A DNA stretch of 64,000 nucleotides from Heteronotia binoei (GCF_032191835.1 NC_083237.1:40300001-40364000), one strand, 5' to 3'; counted from the first letter of the stretch, positions 1-12,732 are shown. Notes: generated by a model not told the origin, from the letters alone. Numbers and translations are program-made.

Positions 1-7
1 AGAAATC

Positions 8-108
8 CTGGAATTCCTTGGTGATCTCCCATTCAAATACTAAACAGGACTAACCTTGCTTAGCTTCCAAGATCTAATGAGTTTGGGCTAGCCTGGGTCA
101 TTCAAGTC
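8..108 (-). mobile_element. 5S rRNA-derived SINE head (degenerate)
   Basis: Reverse complement resembles the 5S rRNA internal region (ctcccattcaaatactaa...ccttgcttagcttccaagatct) with many substitutions. Confidence 0.7.
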
Positions 109-961
109 ACTGCCCGGATTTTTAGGAACATTTTTTTCTGCCTCCAGAGGCAGCAGGAGCAGGGAGAAAGAGAGGGGAAGAGAGGAAGTTGGCCCTGGCA
201 AATAACCATTAGTTGACACCTTTATCTTTTTCAATTTTAATTTTTAAGGCATCAGAAGCCTTCTCTAACTGCTGGTCATCAACTCATGGTGAACCGTTTT
301 CAAGCAGGTATAGACAATTAAAGCAAAGCAGAGTACATGAGTGTGTGGCAGTTTCCATAGCCCTACTCCTATTAATTGAACACCAATAGGGATGGTAATG
401 AACCACAAAACTGTGGTTTGGTTCATGGGGAGCAGAGGGCAGAAAGCATGGGTTACCTTGGTGTGCTAAATCTCAGAGCAGATGCTATCAATCAGTTTTG
501 GCTGTAATTGCCACAACTAGTCAATGCATTAGAAGTGCTTTCTCATGATGCACATTTTGATCATTATGAGTACATGCAGGCAAAAAATATACTTGCCCAT
601 CATTGTAACCAATGAGGGTCCTCAAGACAGTTTTAAAAAGATAGTACAAAATTATTTTAAAAACAGTACAGATGTATAAAACCAACAGTTTGAGATTTGG
701 ACTGTAGTATTTGCTGGAGGATTCAGTTGGTTGTATCAAGATATAACTTTTGTTTTAAAAACACCTGAGCGATGTATTTCTCAGTATTAAAAATAAGATT
801 TATTTGCTTATATTAGCTAAATGTGATTCAATTTATTCTTTGATCCAGAGTTGAGTGATTGATTTAATTTCCCTTCACTCTGTCTGATAGTTCCAATCCC
901 CCCCCCCCCCCCCAGTATGTTGGGATTATTCCGTTATTTTGGTTGGATGTAGATTGGCCTT

Positions 962-1063
962 TTGAGCAGACTTTGGAGGATGGTGGAAGACAGGAGGGCC
1001 TGGTGTGACTTTGTCCATGGAGTCGCAAAGAGTCAGACTTGACTGTGCAACTGAACAACAACA
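962..1063 (+). mobile_element. RTE/BovB-type LINE 3' end fragment
   Basis: gacaggagggcctggtgtg...gtccatggagtcgcaaagagtcagac...ctgaacaacaaca matches the BovB/Bov-A 3' terminus with a (CAA)n tail. Confidence 0.75.
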
Positions 1064-1084
1064 GATTGGCCTTCTCACTCTCAT

Positions 1085-1201
1085 TGAATAGAGTGATTCA
1101 GGTGGGTAGCCATGCTGGTCTGAAGCAAAAGAACAAAGTTTTAAGACCAACAAAGTTGGGCATAAGCTTTTGTGTGCATGCAAACTTCTTCAGGTACAGT
1201 A
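1085..1201 (-). mobile_element. Penelope-like element terminal fragment with decayed minimal hammerhead (left arm of a palindrome)
   Basis: ggtagccatgctggtctgaagc...taagaccaacaaag...gtgtgcatgcaaacttcttcaggtac. The minus strand reads CTGAAGA-stem II-AAAA-GCTT. Confidence 0.65.
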
Positions 1202-3946
1202 AACATTTGAACATAAGAGAAGCCATGTTGGATCAGGCCAATAGCCCATCTAGTCCAACACTGTGTGTCACACAGTGGCCAAAAAAGTGTCATCAGGAGG
1301 TTCACAAGTGGGGCTAGAAGCCCATTCACTTCACCCCACCACCACCACCACCAAGAATACAGAGCATCACTGTCCCAGACAGTTCCAATAATATGCTGTG
1401 GCTAATAGCAACTGAGGGACCTCTGCTCCATATTTTTATCGAATCCCCTCTTGAAGCTGGCTATGCTTGTAGCCACCACCACCTCCTGTGGCAGTGAATT
1501 CCACATGTTAATCACCCTTTGGGTGAAGTACTTCCTTTTATCCGTTCTAACCCGACTGCTCAGCAATTTAATTGAATGCCCACGAGTTCTTGTATTGTGA
1601 GAAAGGGAGAAAAGTACTTCTTTCTCTACTTTCTCCATCCCATGCATAATCTTGTAAAACTCTATTATGTCACCCCGCAGTCGACGTTTCTCCAAGCTAA
1701 AGAGCCCCAAGCGTTTTAATTTTTCTTCATAGGGAAAGTGTTCCAAACCTTTAATTATTCTAGTTGCCCTTTTCAGGACGTTTTCCAATGCTATAATATA
1801 CTTTCTGAGAACAGAATTGTACACAGTATTCCAAATGAGACTGCACCATCAATTTATACAGGGACATTATGATACTGGCTGATTTGTTTTCAATTCCCTT
1901 CCTAATAATTCCCAGCATGGTGTTGGCCTTTTTTATTGCAATCGCACACTGTCTTGACATTTTCAGTGAGTTATCCACCACGACCCCAAGATCTCTCTCT
2001 TGGTCAGTCTCTGCCAGTTCACACCCCATCAACTTGTATTTGTAGCTGGGATTTTTGGCCCCAATATACATTACTTTGCACTTGGCCACACTGAACCTCA
2101 TCTGCCACGTTGACGCCCACTCACCCAGTCTCAACAGATCCCTTTGGAGTGCCTCAAAATCCTCTCTGGTTCTCACCACCCTGAACAATTTAGTGTCATC
2201 TGCAAACTTAGCCACTTCACTGATTACTCCCAACTCCAAATCATTAATGAACAAGTTAAAGAACATGGGACCCAGTACTGAGCCCTGCGGCACTCCACTG
2301 CTTACCGTCCTCCCCTGCGAAGATTGTCCATTTATACTCACTCTCTGTTTCCTATTAATTAGCCAGTTTTTGATCCACAAGAGGGCCTGTCCTTTTACTC
2401 CATGACTCTCAAGCTTACTAAGGAGCCTTTGATGAGGAACTTCATCAAAACCTTTCTGGAAGTCAAGGTAAACAACATCTATTGGGTCTCTTTGTCCACA
2501 TGCTTGTTCACCCCCTCAAAGAAATGTAACAGGTTAGTGAGGCAAGATCTTCCCTTACAGAACCCATGCTGAGTCTTCCTCAATAACTTGTGTTCATCAA
2601 TGTGCCTACTGATTCTGTCCTTGATAATGGTTTCTACCAACTTTCCCGGTATTGAAGTCAGACTTACTGGCCTGTAATTTCCTGGATCTCCTCTGGAACC
2701 TTTTTTAAAGATGGAGGTGACATTTGCTACCTTCCAGTCCTCAGGAACAGAGGCAGATTTCAATGAACGTTTACATATTTTTGTCAAGAGATTCACAAGT
2801 TACCTTTGAGTTCTTTCAGAACTCTTGGACCTGGTGACTTATTAGTTTTTAATTTCTCTATCAGCTGTAGGACCTCTTCTCTCGTCACCTCAATCTGACT
2901 CAGGTCTTTCAACACCCCTTCCAAAATTAGCGGTTTTGGAGAGGGCAAACAGTTCTCATCTTCCACAGTGAAGACGAAGGCAAAAAATGCATTCAGCTTC
3001 TCAGCCATTTCCCTATCCTCCTTCAGTAATCCTTTTACCCCTTGGTCATCCAAAGGCCCCACTGCCTCCCTGGCTGGTTTCCTGCTTCTAATATAATTAA
3101 TTAATATAAAAAGAAATTTTTATTGTTGGTCTTTATGTTTTTTGCAATATGCTCCTCATAGTCCCTTTTTGCCTGCCTGATCACAGTCTTGCATTTGATT
3201 TGCCACAGCCTGTGCTCTTTTATTACTCTCACTTGGACTAGCTTTCCACCGCTTAAAGGAATCCTATTTACCTTTTACAGCTTCCATAACTTTTTTTGTT
3301 AACCAGGTAAGCCTTTTCTTATACCTGTTTGTGCCTTTCCTAACTTGTGGTATATATTTTATCTGAGCTTCTAGGATTGTCATTTTAAATAGCCTCCAAA
3401 CTTCCCCAAGGATTTTGACTGTATTTACCTTTCCTTTCAGTTTCCTCTTCACATGCCTCCTCATCTCAGAGAATTTACCCCTTTTAAAGTTAAAAGTGGT
3501 TATGCTGGTCTTTTGGGGCAACTCCCTGTTTATACAAATGGTGAAATCAATAATGTTATGGTCACTGCTCCCAAGCGGTGCAATCATTTTTACATCTCTC
3601 ACCAGGTCTTGGGCATTACTTAGGACCAAATCCAGGATCGCCCCACCCTGGTAGGTTCTGTGGCCATCTGCTCCATAACACAGTCATTGAGTACGTCTAG
3701 AAACTAAGTCTCTTTCTCTCGACCAGAACGCATATTGACCCAATCAATCTGCAGATAGTTAAAATCCTCTATTATGACACAGTTTTTACATTTAGCCAGT
3801 ATCTTTAATCCTTCCATCATATTATAATCATCCTCTATCTTTTGATTTGGTGGGAGATAACAAACTCCCATAGTTAAATTTCCTTTGGGCCCTCTATTTC
3901 GACCCAAAGCATTTCTAGAAGGGAATCTAATTCTCTGACCCGTCTT

Positions 3947-4308
3947 TTTAGAGGGGCACCAAAGAAGAGGTACAAGGACTCCTTGAAGAAATCCCTTGGC
4001 ACCTGTCGCATCAACCAACACCAGTGGTCTGACCTAGCCTCAGATCGCAAAGCATGGAGGCACACCATCCACCAGGCTGTCTCTTCTTTTGAGAATGCAT
4101 GCATAGCTGGTCTTGAGGACAAAAGGAGATTGAGGAAGAATCGCACTGCTACAGCACCAACCCTAAATCAGACTTTTCCCTGCAGCCACTGTGGCCGGAC
4201 CTGCCTGTCCCGCATTGGTCTTGTCAGCCACCAGCGAGCCTGCAGCAGACGTGGACTATTGCACCCTTCTTAAATCTTCGTTCGCGAAGCCAAGCTGAGA
4301 GAGAGAGA
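3947..4308 (+). mobile_element. 5'-truncated RTE-clade LINE 3' end nested in CR1 ORF2
   Basis: Encodes RGAPKKRYKDSLKKSL...CSHCGRTCLSRIGLVSHQRAC (RTE C-terminal zinc finger) and ends in an (AG)n tail. It splits the CR1 endonuclease region. Confidence 0.88.
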
Positions 4309-4654
4309 CCCACTCTGACATACAGAGTCACCCCACCTCCAACCCTTCCCTCCCTATTCTTCCGATATAATTTATATCCAGGAATCACCATGTCCCACTG
4401 ATTCTCCTAATTCCACCAAGTTTCTGAATTTCCTACAATTTCTATGTTTTTCCCCAACACTAAACATTCCAACTCCCCAATTTTACTTCGAACAGTTCTA
4501 GCATTTGTATACAGACATCTATAATTTCCCAGGCAAGTTAGGCCCACAACCTTCCTCCTGCTGCCTCGAGACTTTGGCAGACAGTCCATACTGCTTGTCA
4601 CCATCTCAGTGGACAACTCTGATCCATTACCCAGTAGAAAAGTAACAGCTAACC

Positions 4655-5110
4655 TGTCAAGCATGCGGGTTCAATGATGAGTCGAAGTTGATACAAAGAC
4701 TACGTTTATTGATAGACCGATATTTTGGCCGGAGCCATTTCTTGAGAAGAATTAAACTGTTACATAGATGCAATACTTTTAAGGACTACTTCAAAAGAAT
4801 CCCAAGGGAGGGGGACGGGATAAGAGCGTTCACACAGACAGTGTCAAACTATTCACATTCCTAGGGCGTTATCGGGCTCTGACCTTGCCAGGCACAGATG
4901 GCCAGTACTCCCTTTTAGAAGTTCCCTGGGAAGGCACTGATTACTTGGTTCCCTTCTCACTACATCTAAGTAATGGTTATACAGCTAGGTAATAAACAGG
5001 AAAGAATAACAAACTATCGGGCTTAGGTCCCCCCCTGACATTCTCCAGACCCAGCTTTGGGCAAGGCCATAAACCCATTGATTATAGATCAGAATTAGAC
5101 ATGCTTGACA
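4655..5110 (-). mobile_element. Solo LTR (Gypsy-type) nested in CR1
   Basis: TGTCAAGCATG...CATGCTTGACA 11-bp terminal inverted repeat, 5-bp TSD taacc/taatc, minus-strand AATAAA at 4705-4710. Confidence 0.85.
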
Positions 5111-5880
5111 TAATCCTTCATCTCTTTGAGATGAGTCCTCTGAACCAGAGACATATCATCTCCTGTCGGCTTTCCCCCCAAGATTTAGTTTAAAACTGCT
5201 CTGCCACCTTTTTGATTTTAAGCACTAGCAGTTCCTTCTGGGGACAAGTGGAGACCATCTCTTTTGTATAGCTCCTGCTTGTTCCAGAAAGCATCCCAGT
5301 GCCTAACAAACTTAAACCTTCCTCCCTACACCATCATCTCATTCACACATTGAGACTTCTAATTTGTGCCTGTCTCTCCAGCCCTGCACGTGAAACAGAT
5401 AGTACTTCTGAGAAGGTTACTTTGGAGGTCCTGGCCTTAAGTCTCCTGCCTAACAGCCTAATTTTTTCCTTCAGGACCTCATGACTGCATTTCTCCACAT
5501 CATTGCTGCCAACATGCACCATGACCACTGGCTCCTCCCCGGCATTGCCTATCAGCCTATCTACAACACACGTAATGTCCACTATCTTCGCACCAGGCAG
5601 GCAAGTCACCATACGGTCAGTATATGGTTTTGCCACCCAGCTGTCTACTTGCCTAAGGATCGAATCACCAGCTACCAAGAACCCCACCCTCCCCTGCCCA
5701 GGGATGGTTCCTTGGCTTGAAAGGATACCCACTCAGCAACTGAAGAAGAGGTCCCTTCTGAGGGCACATTCCCCTTGTCCTTAGCATGGTGCCCTGACCC
5801 TCATGCTCCCTGGCAGCAACAGGGCTGCCATGTTCAGAGTGGGGCTCATCTAGCACGTCCCCGAGAGTCTTCTCCGAGTG

Positions 5881-5955
5881 TACTGTATTTGAAGGAGTGA
5901 GCATGCACATGAAACTTACACTCAGATTTAAACTTTGGTTTTCTTAAAAATGGTG
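5881..5955 (+). mobile_element. Penelope-like terminal fragment with decayed minimal hammerhead (right arm of a palindrome)
   Basis: tactgtatttgaaggagtgagcatgcacatgaaactt is an inverted copy of the end of the 1085-1201 fragment. Confidence 0.6.
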
Positions 5956-7344
5956 TAACTTTCTACATACCTTGAGTCTGGCTCATAATTTGGAGTAAGT
6001 TTTTTCTGGACTGTATGACAATGTAAAGCCAGGCAGAACAATTTGGGACTACTTGCCTGATTTTCAGAATTAGTTATTAGGAACTGTAGCTCATGAAGTC
6101 CATAATGCTGTTCCCTGAGGCATGGTAGGCCAATGGTGAATACTGTCACGTTCATGACAAATACAAAGCTCTTCAGCTAATTCCCTTTGTAAGTCATGTG
6201 GAATGTCCACATGGACTGACACTCTGGTGACACTATTTTTCCTTGTAGAAAATAAAACACCTCACATCAATACACTAGAAAACATTTTTGCTTTCCCCAG
6301 GTATCAATCTGTCATGATATTGAGACACATACTTGATTATCATCTCAATGAATGCAGTAAGTATATGAACAAAAATATATGCAATCCATAGCAATTAAGA
6401 TACTATTTCATGCAAAATTTCTTGACAGTCATGTTGTTAAGATGATTTCTTTAGCTAGTTGGATTAGTAGAATAATTTAAGGTGATAGATCTGTGTATTC
6501 ACCACACATTGTCTAGTGTTTCTTCTTTAGCTTAAAAAGCAAAGGAAATACATGTTTTTTTTTAAAGTTATTATCAGTATGATAGAGATGACAATGGTAA
6601 GATTGAACAATTACGCTTGGTTGAAATCCCTTTTCAGTTATAGATTTAAATAAATCATTTGTGGGTGAGGATAGTAACTAGACCATTTTATGAAACACTG
6701 TCATATAAAACAGATATCAATGCTCAGGTCAGCCCAGGTGATGCTTTGCACTACAACCAGAGAAAACTTCATTGCTTAGTGATAGCATTAAGTACAGATT
6801 TATACTGGTCTGGGTACAAACATTGAAATCACCAACACCTTTCTCAAACCAATGCCGTAACTTTCAAACCAGATTGCCAATTAGGATTTTTTTTAATTGA
6901 GGCTTTATTTTTTTATTTTTCGTAAAACAGGCATTTTTGAACTACTACCATTTGACAAATTTCGTTCATTCATATATTTCTGGTGGCAGTAACTATTACA
7001 CTTGCCCCTGCAACAGGGAGTACTTTTGCTAAATATGCTGTAGCTCTTTTTTATTATTATTATTGCCTTCAAGCCACAACTGATTTATGATAGTTTGGCA
7101 AGGTTTTCAAGTCAATAAAAATTCTGAGGTTGTTTGCCATTGCCTGCCTCCATACCAACCCTGTTATTTCTTGGTATCCTCCCATCCAGGCCTCGAATTC
7201 AGCAGGAGCTTACCGGAGCACAGCTCCTGAACTTTTCTGAGGGTTCCCTCTCCCCCCCCCCCACCTTGTCAATTGAATAGTAGGTGCAGCTGCATAACAA
7301 TCCTTGGGTGAGCTTCACCACCTATTTTCCTACAAAGCGACCCC

Positions 7345-7430
7345 TGCTCCCATCCAAACCCTAATTGGGGTCCACCCTGCTTAGCTTCTGAGATTTGAAG
7401 AAACTGGGCTAGCTTGGGCTATCTAGGCCA
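7345..7430 (-). mobile_element. 5S rRNA-derived SINE head fragment
   Basis: ctcccatccaaaccctaattggggtccaccctgcttagcttctgagat is the reverse complement of the 5S internal region. Confidence 0.65.
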
Positions 7431-8127
7431 GGAAATAGGTCATTTGTGTAGTCCTAAAATTTCCAAAATACTCCATCTTAGTGTTGTAGACTGAGGACAG
7501 GGTGCTATAGTTGAGGGAGCCATTGTAGGGGAGTGTTGTAATACTGTGTGAGCCATCCTGAACCCTGAAGATGAACTTGAATGAAAATCTTCTAGTTGTG
7601 AAAGCTTTAAAATTAGCAAACAATCATTGGTTACATGCAAAGAACTTCCATCAGACATTGTCACACAATATGCTGTCCTTAATACAACTGCATATACATA
7701 AAACATTTAGTCACTGTATAGACAACAGTCCACTGTGATAATCGATGCCAACACCAGTCATCTATATGGAAGAACATGGAGTCTAAACACAGATTCCTGG
7801 TTACTCTCCTACTTTTAAATAGTGATGTGGTCACTGTTGATAATGTAGGATGCAGTAAGATGGGGGTAATTATTCCATTTGCACTGCTCAATTTTATACA
7901 CACACAATTCTTCATCCAGATAGAAATCTTCTCCCATGACTATATGCTTCTAGTTGCAATGATACAGCACTGATACAGCAAAGTAGGAAGCCAAAAAAAA
8001 AAAAAATACCAGAAGGAAAAGAAGAGACAATGTAGGGATACTGACAATCACTCAAACAATGTCTATTGCAATGAAGTTGCTATCCAGTAACTATTGTGTT
8101 ACACACTGACACCACCACCACACTATT

Positions 8128-8368
8128 GAGATCCAGTTTGGTATAGTGGTTAAGAGCAGTGGATTGGACTATAATCTGGAGAACCAGGTTTGATTCCCTA
8201 TTCCTACTTGGATCAGTTCTCTCAGAGCTGTTCTCTCAAGAACAGTTCTCTCACAGTTCTCTCAGCCCCACCTACCTCACAAGGTGTCTATTGTGGGGAG
8301 AAGAAGGGAAGGAGATTGTGAGCCACTCTGAGACTCCAAATGTGGCATAAATCCAGCTCCTCCTCCTC
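8128..8368 (+). mobile_element. tRNA-derived SINE (Squam3-like)
   Basis: A box tggtatagtggtt, B box ggtttgattcc, body cccacctacctcacaaggtgtctattgtgggga, (CTC)n tail. Confidence 0.8.
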
Positions 8369-8815
8369 ATATACAAAAAGCATAGTGATGACCAACCATC
8401 TCCACTAACTGGTAGGCACAGCCTACACATCTCCTCCTCCTCAAAAGCTGCCATCTTTCCATAGGAGTCCCATTTGTCTACAGAGAGGAATGCAACAAAG
8501 GTTTTGTATAGCCACAGTCTCTAGCTTTCTTTCTGATAAGCATTTACATGTCCAGCGAGCTCACAAGGCAGCACATCATTCTTTTACCAGGCAAACAAAT
8601 ATAGCCAAAGAGTTAAAAAATAACTAATCTTAGCAATGGAAGAACAGTTCCTTGTTTGACTCAAAACTGCTTGTGGGCCTGTAAAGATTACAGTTAAACA
8701 CTGGAATGTTCAGCAGCCATTTTTTTAAAAGGCTGAAAAGCTATTAGGTTTGCACAACAGACCCATCTTTGACAGCACATTATATAATTATGCTTTCATT
8801 GCTGTTTTTTTCTAG

Positions 8816-9763
8816 GTAAAACCCTTGATAAACCAAACAGTCATCACAGAACTCATCCTCCTGGGATTTGGGGATCATCCTGAACTGCAGATTTTTTTCT
8901 TCCTGCTATTTCTAGTAATTTACATCATTACCATGATGGGGAATCTTCTTATTGTTGTGCTAGTTGTGACTGACAGGCATCTTCACATTCCCATGTACTT
9001 CTTCCTGGGGAACTTGTCCTGCTTAGAGATTTGTTACACTTCAACCATCCTGCCCAGAATGCTAGTGAGTTTCCTGACAGGGAATAGAACCATTTCCATC
9101 CCAGGTTGTTTTGTACAGTTATATTGTTTTGGCTTTCTAGTGACTGCAGAAACTTGTCTCTTATCTGTAATGTCTTATGATCGGTATTTAGCGATTTGCA
9201 AACCATTCCAATATCAGTTCCTTATGAGTAACAAGGTATGTATCATTTTAGCTGCTGGTTCATGGATTAGTGGCTGTTTTTCAGTCTCAGTAGTAGTTGT
9301 ATGGCTTTCACAGTTAACGTACTGTGGCATCAATGTAATTGACCATTTCTTCTGTGATTTTGTACCACTGAGCAAGTTGGCCTGTAGTGACATAACTCTG
9401 GTAATGGAGGTAGCCTTAATGCTGTGTTCTGTATTCACCTTACCTCCATTTCTATTGACCATAACATCTTACATTTGCATCATATCAGTTATCCTAAGAA
9501 TCCCCTCAACCACTGGGAGACAAAAGACATTTTCCACCTGCTCCTCCCACCTTCTTGTAGTTACCATTTTCTATGGCACTTTAATGATTGTGTATCTCCT
9601 TCCAGAAGGCCCCTTACTGAAGGGTTCATCAAAAGTGTTCTCCTTTTTCTATGCTGTCATGACACCAATGATCAATCCCCTAATATATAGTTTGAGGAAT
9701 AAGGAAGTGAAGGAAGCCTTGAGGAGGTGTACTTCAAAATTCTGGTCATCTCTCAGATTTTAG
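8816..9763 (+). CDS. Olfactory receptor, class II (family 11/6-like). The frame is open but there is no in-frame ATG before TM1.
   Basis: 7TM OR motifs: NQT glycosylation site, LHIPMYFFLGNLS, MSYDRYLAICKP, KTFSTCSSHL, PMINPLIYSLRNKEVK. The ORF track starts at TTG 8825, and a splice acceptor tttttttctag ends at 8815. Confidence 0.85.
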   Translation, partial: VKPLINQTVITELILLGFGDHPELQIFFFLLFLVIYIITMMGNLLIVVLVVTDRHLHIPMYFFLGNLSCLEICYTSTILPRMLVSFLTGNRTISIPGCFVQLYCFGFLVTAETCLLSVMSYDRYLAICKPFQYQFLMSNKVCIILAAGSWISGCFSVSVVVVWLSQLTYCGINVIDHFFCDFVPLSKLACSDITLVMEVALMLCSVFTLPPFLLTITSYICIISVILRIPSTTGRQKTFSTCSSHLLVVTIFYGTLMIVYLLPEGPLLKGSSKVFSFFYAVMTPMINPLIYSLRNKEVKEALRRCTSKFWSSLRF

Positions 9764-10619
9764 AAAATGTTCCTAGTAACTTCAGATGTTTTACAAACTG
9801 GCACAGTTGTGTGTATTTTGTTTTAATGGAATAGGGATATTAAATAGAAATAAAATTATATTCTTACTGTGATACTATTTAAGAAATAACACTTCTCATC
9901 ATTTGTTGTTGTTGTTTTAAAAAAACCTGCTGAGCCAGTATGCCTGTCTAGTTCCTATACTCTGGTTGTCCAGTGCAAAGCACAATGTGTCAGGTTCACT
10001 CTGCCAGTTATAGCCTAGGAAATCCTAGATGCAAGATGAAATGGAAAGTTCAAAAAGAGTACATCTTTTTTATGCCTCCACTCTTGACTCCATGTCCTGA
10101 ACTGAATAGTCTTGACATCTGCTTCTATAGGATATGACATCTGACAACTCATGTCCTGAAATAATATGTCTAGAAGATGACAAAAACCTCATGGATGTAG
10201 GAAGGACTGCAAAAAGTTTCAGGAAAGCCTAGGTTAATAAGAATTAAGAGCCCCCCCCCACCTCCTTTGCTACTTCTCTGACCCAGAGAAGAACATAGAT
10301 CTATTTTCGCCAAGGTCAAGTTAGCCACTGCCTGTAGAATGTGGGGAAAGGAAAATTCACACAGATATTTTAATGCCTTTCATTAAATATTTTCTGTTTA
10401 ATAAAATACATCTGTAAGAAAAGAATTTCACCATTTCCACAAACCTTTCTTGTAATAAAAAAACAATTTAATTAGTCCTGCCCTTTCATACTTACATACC
10501 AATGTAAGTATTGGTAATATTCATATTGGTAATGATATGGTAATAAACATACACTAATAACTTGACAACTTGTGTGCCATCAAATTGCAACTGACTCATG
10601 GTGACCCCAGCACCTAGAG

Positions 10620-11195
10620 CAGGGATGTTGAACTCATTTGTTATGAGGGCCAGATCTGACATAAATTAGACCTCATCAGGCCAGGCCAGTTATCAGAGAT
10701 ATAAACTTAATAAAGGACACAGACAAACACAATTAAATATTTTTTTAAAAAAAAAACTTAAAATGTGCTTAAAACATCACTCATTGGTCTTAAAGGTGCT
10801 TTCTTTGTTTCTCTCCCATGGAATCCAGGGAGCTGAACAAAGGAAGCTCTGGGTCTTTCCTTCCTTCCCCAGGGGACCAGGAGGGGGAGAAATCTCAGCC
10901 AATAAAATGAAGAGAGGCCTGGTTCAGTAGCTCTGCTGTGCGATTGAGAGAACCTGCCAAAGCAAACCATTCCTCCCCCCTTCCTCCCCAATGGAGGCGC
11001 CTCAGCCAATGGAGAAAATAGAGCCTTTGCACTGTAGCTCCTATGTGATTGAGCAAGTCTGGCAAAGCAAGCTGTGATGCAGAAAAAAAGCAAGAGAGAG
11101 GGAGAAGGAAGCAGATGACAGAGAGTTGCTTGGGGTCTGATAGGAGCCCTCCTGGGGCCTGGTTAAGTCCCTGGGCCACATGTTTGACACCCCTG
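10620..11195. mobile_element. Non-autonomous hAT element (MITE)
   Basis: TIRs cagggatgttgaac / gtttgacacccctg with a perfect 8-bp TSD ACCTAGAG (10612-10619, 11196-11203). Confidence 0.85.
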
Positions 11196-12732
11196 ACCTA
11201 GAGATTTTGAGGCAAGACATGCTCAGATGGTGGTTCGCTATTGCCTTCCTCTGCATAGCTGTGCCAGTATTTCCTTGATGTATTCCCATCCAAGTACTAA
11301 CTATGGCTGATCCTATTCATCTTCCAAACTCTGTCAAGATCAGGGTAGTGTGAATGAGAGACCCCTAATTTCAGTTATATACGAACATCATAATCACCCG
11401 TCTGGTTGCCAGGGTGCCTGGAGTTTCAACTCACACACATCTGCTGTGAAATGTGGGTTTTACCTACCATTTTATAATAGACTAATGTGAATACTAACAG
11501 CCTCAGCATTACAACAGCACTCTATATCTCTGGAAGAGTGCTACCCAGAAGTACAGATGGGTTCCCAGCCGCTCTGTGCATGCACCATCTCAGCCGTTGC
11601 AGTGGAAGAAGTCGCGCCACCAGGAACTGTCCAGGCAAATGGTTTCCAGCCTTGTCCATGAAAGCCATGTTAGTAGGCTAACATCATCAGCAACCATTTT
11701 CCTGCACTGCCAGACTCTATGAAAGAGAAGTGAGAGGCTCACGTACTCAACAGCTGTTTCAAACATCTACATAAGGCAATCACGCTTAACTAGGCGTGGA
11801 TCCTGCTGGACCGCCCAAGTCTTTGTCAAATGGAACTTTAGATAAAGGATGGTGCCAGCCAGAAGAGCAAGAAGAGGAAGACCATCTTCACCCAGAGCCA
11901 GAGTTCTTTGTGTAGATTGGGTGTCGCCTTAGGTACCAATTTGGCCCTCTATTGTCACTTTTAGATAAGCTTGTATGACTTGTTTTAATCACCTCCGTCC
12001 ACCCATACCTGGCCCAAACTGTCATTCTGGAGCCTTCTCTTTTCTGAGGTAATGTACCATGTGGTACCGCATCATGTCCAATCTGACCCAGTGTCATAAT
12101 CCCCTGGACCTCCTACTCCCTAAGGGTTCAAGGTAGTCCTTATAACCTCTGACCCAACTCCCCACACATGCGTATCTGGCAGTACCCTCACCCTGCTGTT
12201 TAGATACACCTCCGATACCTGATCAGTTGAGGGTCATCTCCCCCACTCCCTTTTTTGTTGCCATTGGAGCCTTTCTCGAAGACTATGATAGGTAATTACT
12301 ACCCTGTTTGTCTACCCGTGTGTATACCCCTGTCTATTTCAAACCTATTTTCATTTGGACTATATGTGTGTTGTGTGATTTTATACCCTTGTATGTTTGC
12401 CTTTATTCTATAATACGCCCCCCCCCCATTATTAGACCAAATCTCCTCGTCATTGGGTGATTTCCAAAGCAGACACCTTCTGTATATACAGATTCTCAAG
12501 ATCTCGCTAAAGCCTGATTGCCCAGCACAGTAAATTCCCCAGAACCCTATTTTTAGGGCAATTCAGGTAACAGTAGGCTGAGCTAGCTGTCTGCTACCTA
12601 TACAACAAGCTGAAATTAGTTGTATATCACTCTGACACTGTTTTTGCCAAAGGATTCTGGGAGCAGTAGCTGGGTAAAGGTGATTAAAATAGTGTTGGAC
12701 TTTCTCTCTTGCCTGTATAATGCCACTTTTTT

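Larger units (their letters stand above)
1202..5880 (-). mobile_element. CR1 LINE, degenerate, near full length, interrupted by an RTE fragment and a solo LTR
   Basis: Minus-strand ORF fragments in order: SGNH/GDSL esterase ORF1 (5343-5732, VAGDSILR), endonuclease (CLYTNART; 4407-4664, 3704-4021), RT (YRPVSLTS, PQGSVLGP, FADD; 2479-2796, 1760-2380) and C-terminus (1402-1824). The CR1 3' tail lies near 1205. Many stops and frameshifts. Confidence 0.93.

Noticed and set aside
11850-11910. KKRKTIFTQSQ resembling a homeodomain N-terminal arm
   Set aside because: No helix 1-3 continuation or WFxNRR motif follows in any frame, so it is treated as coincidence.
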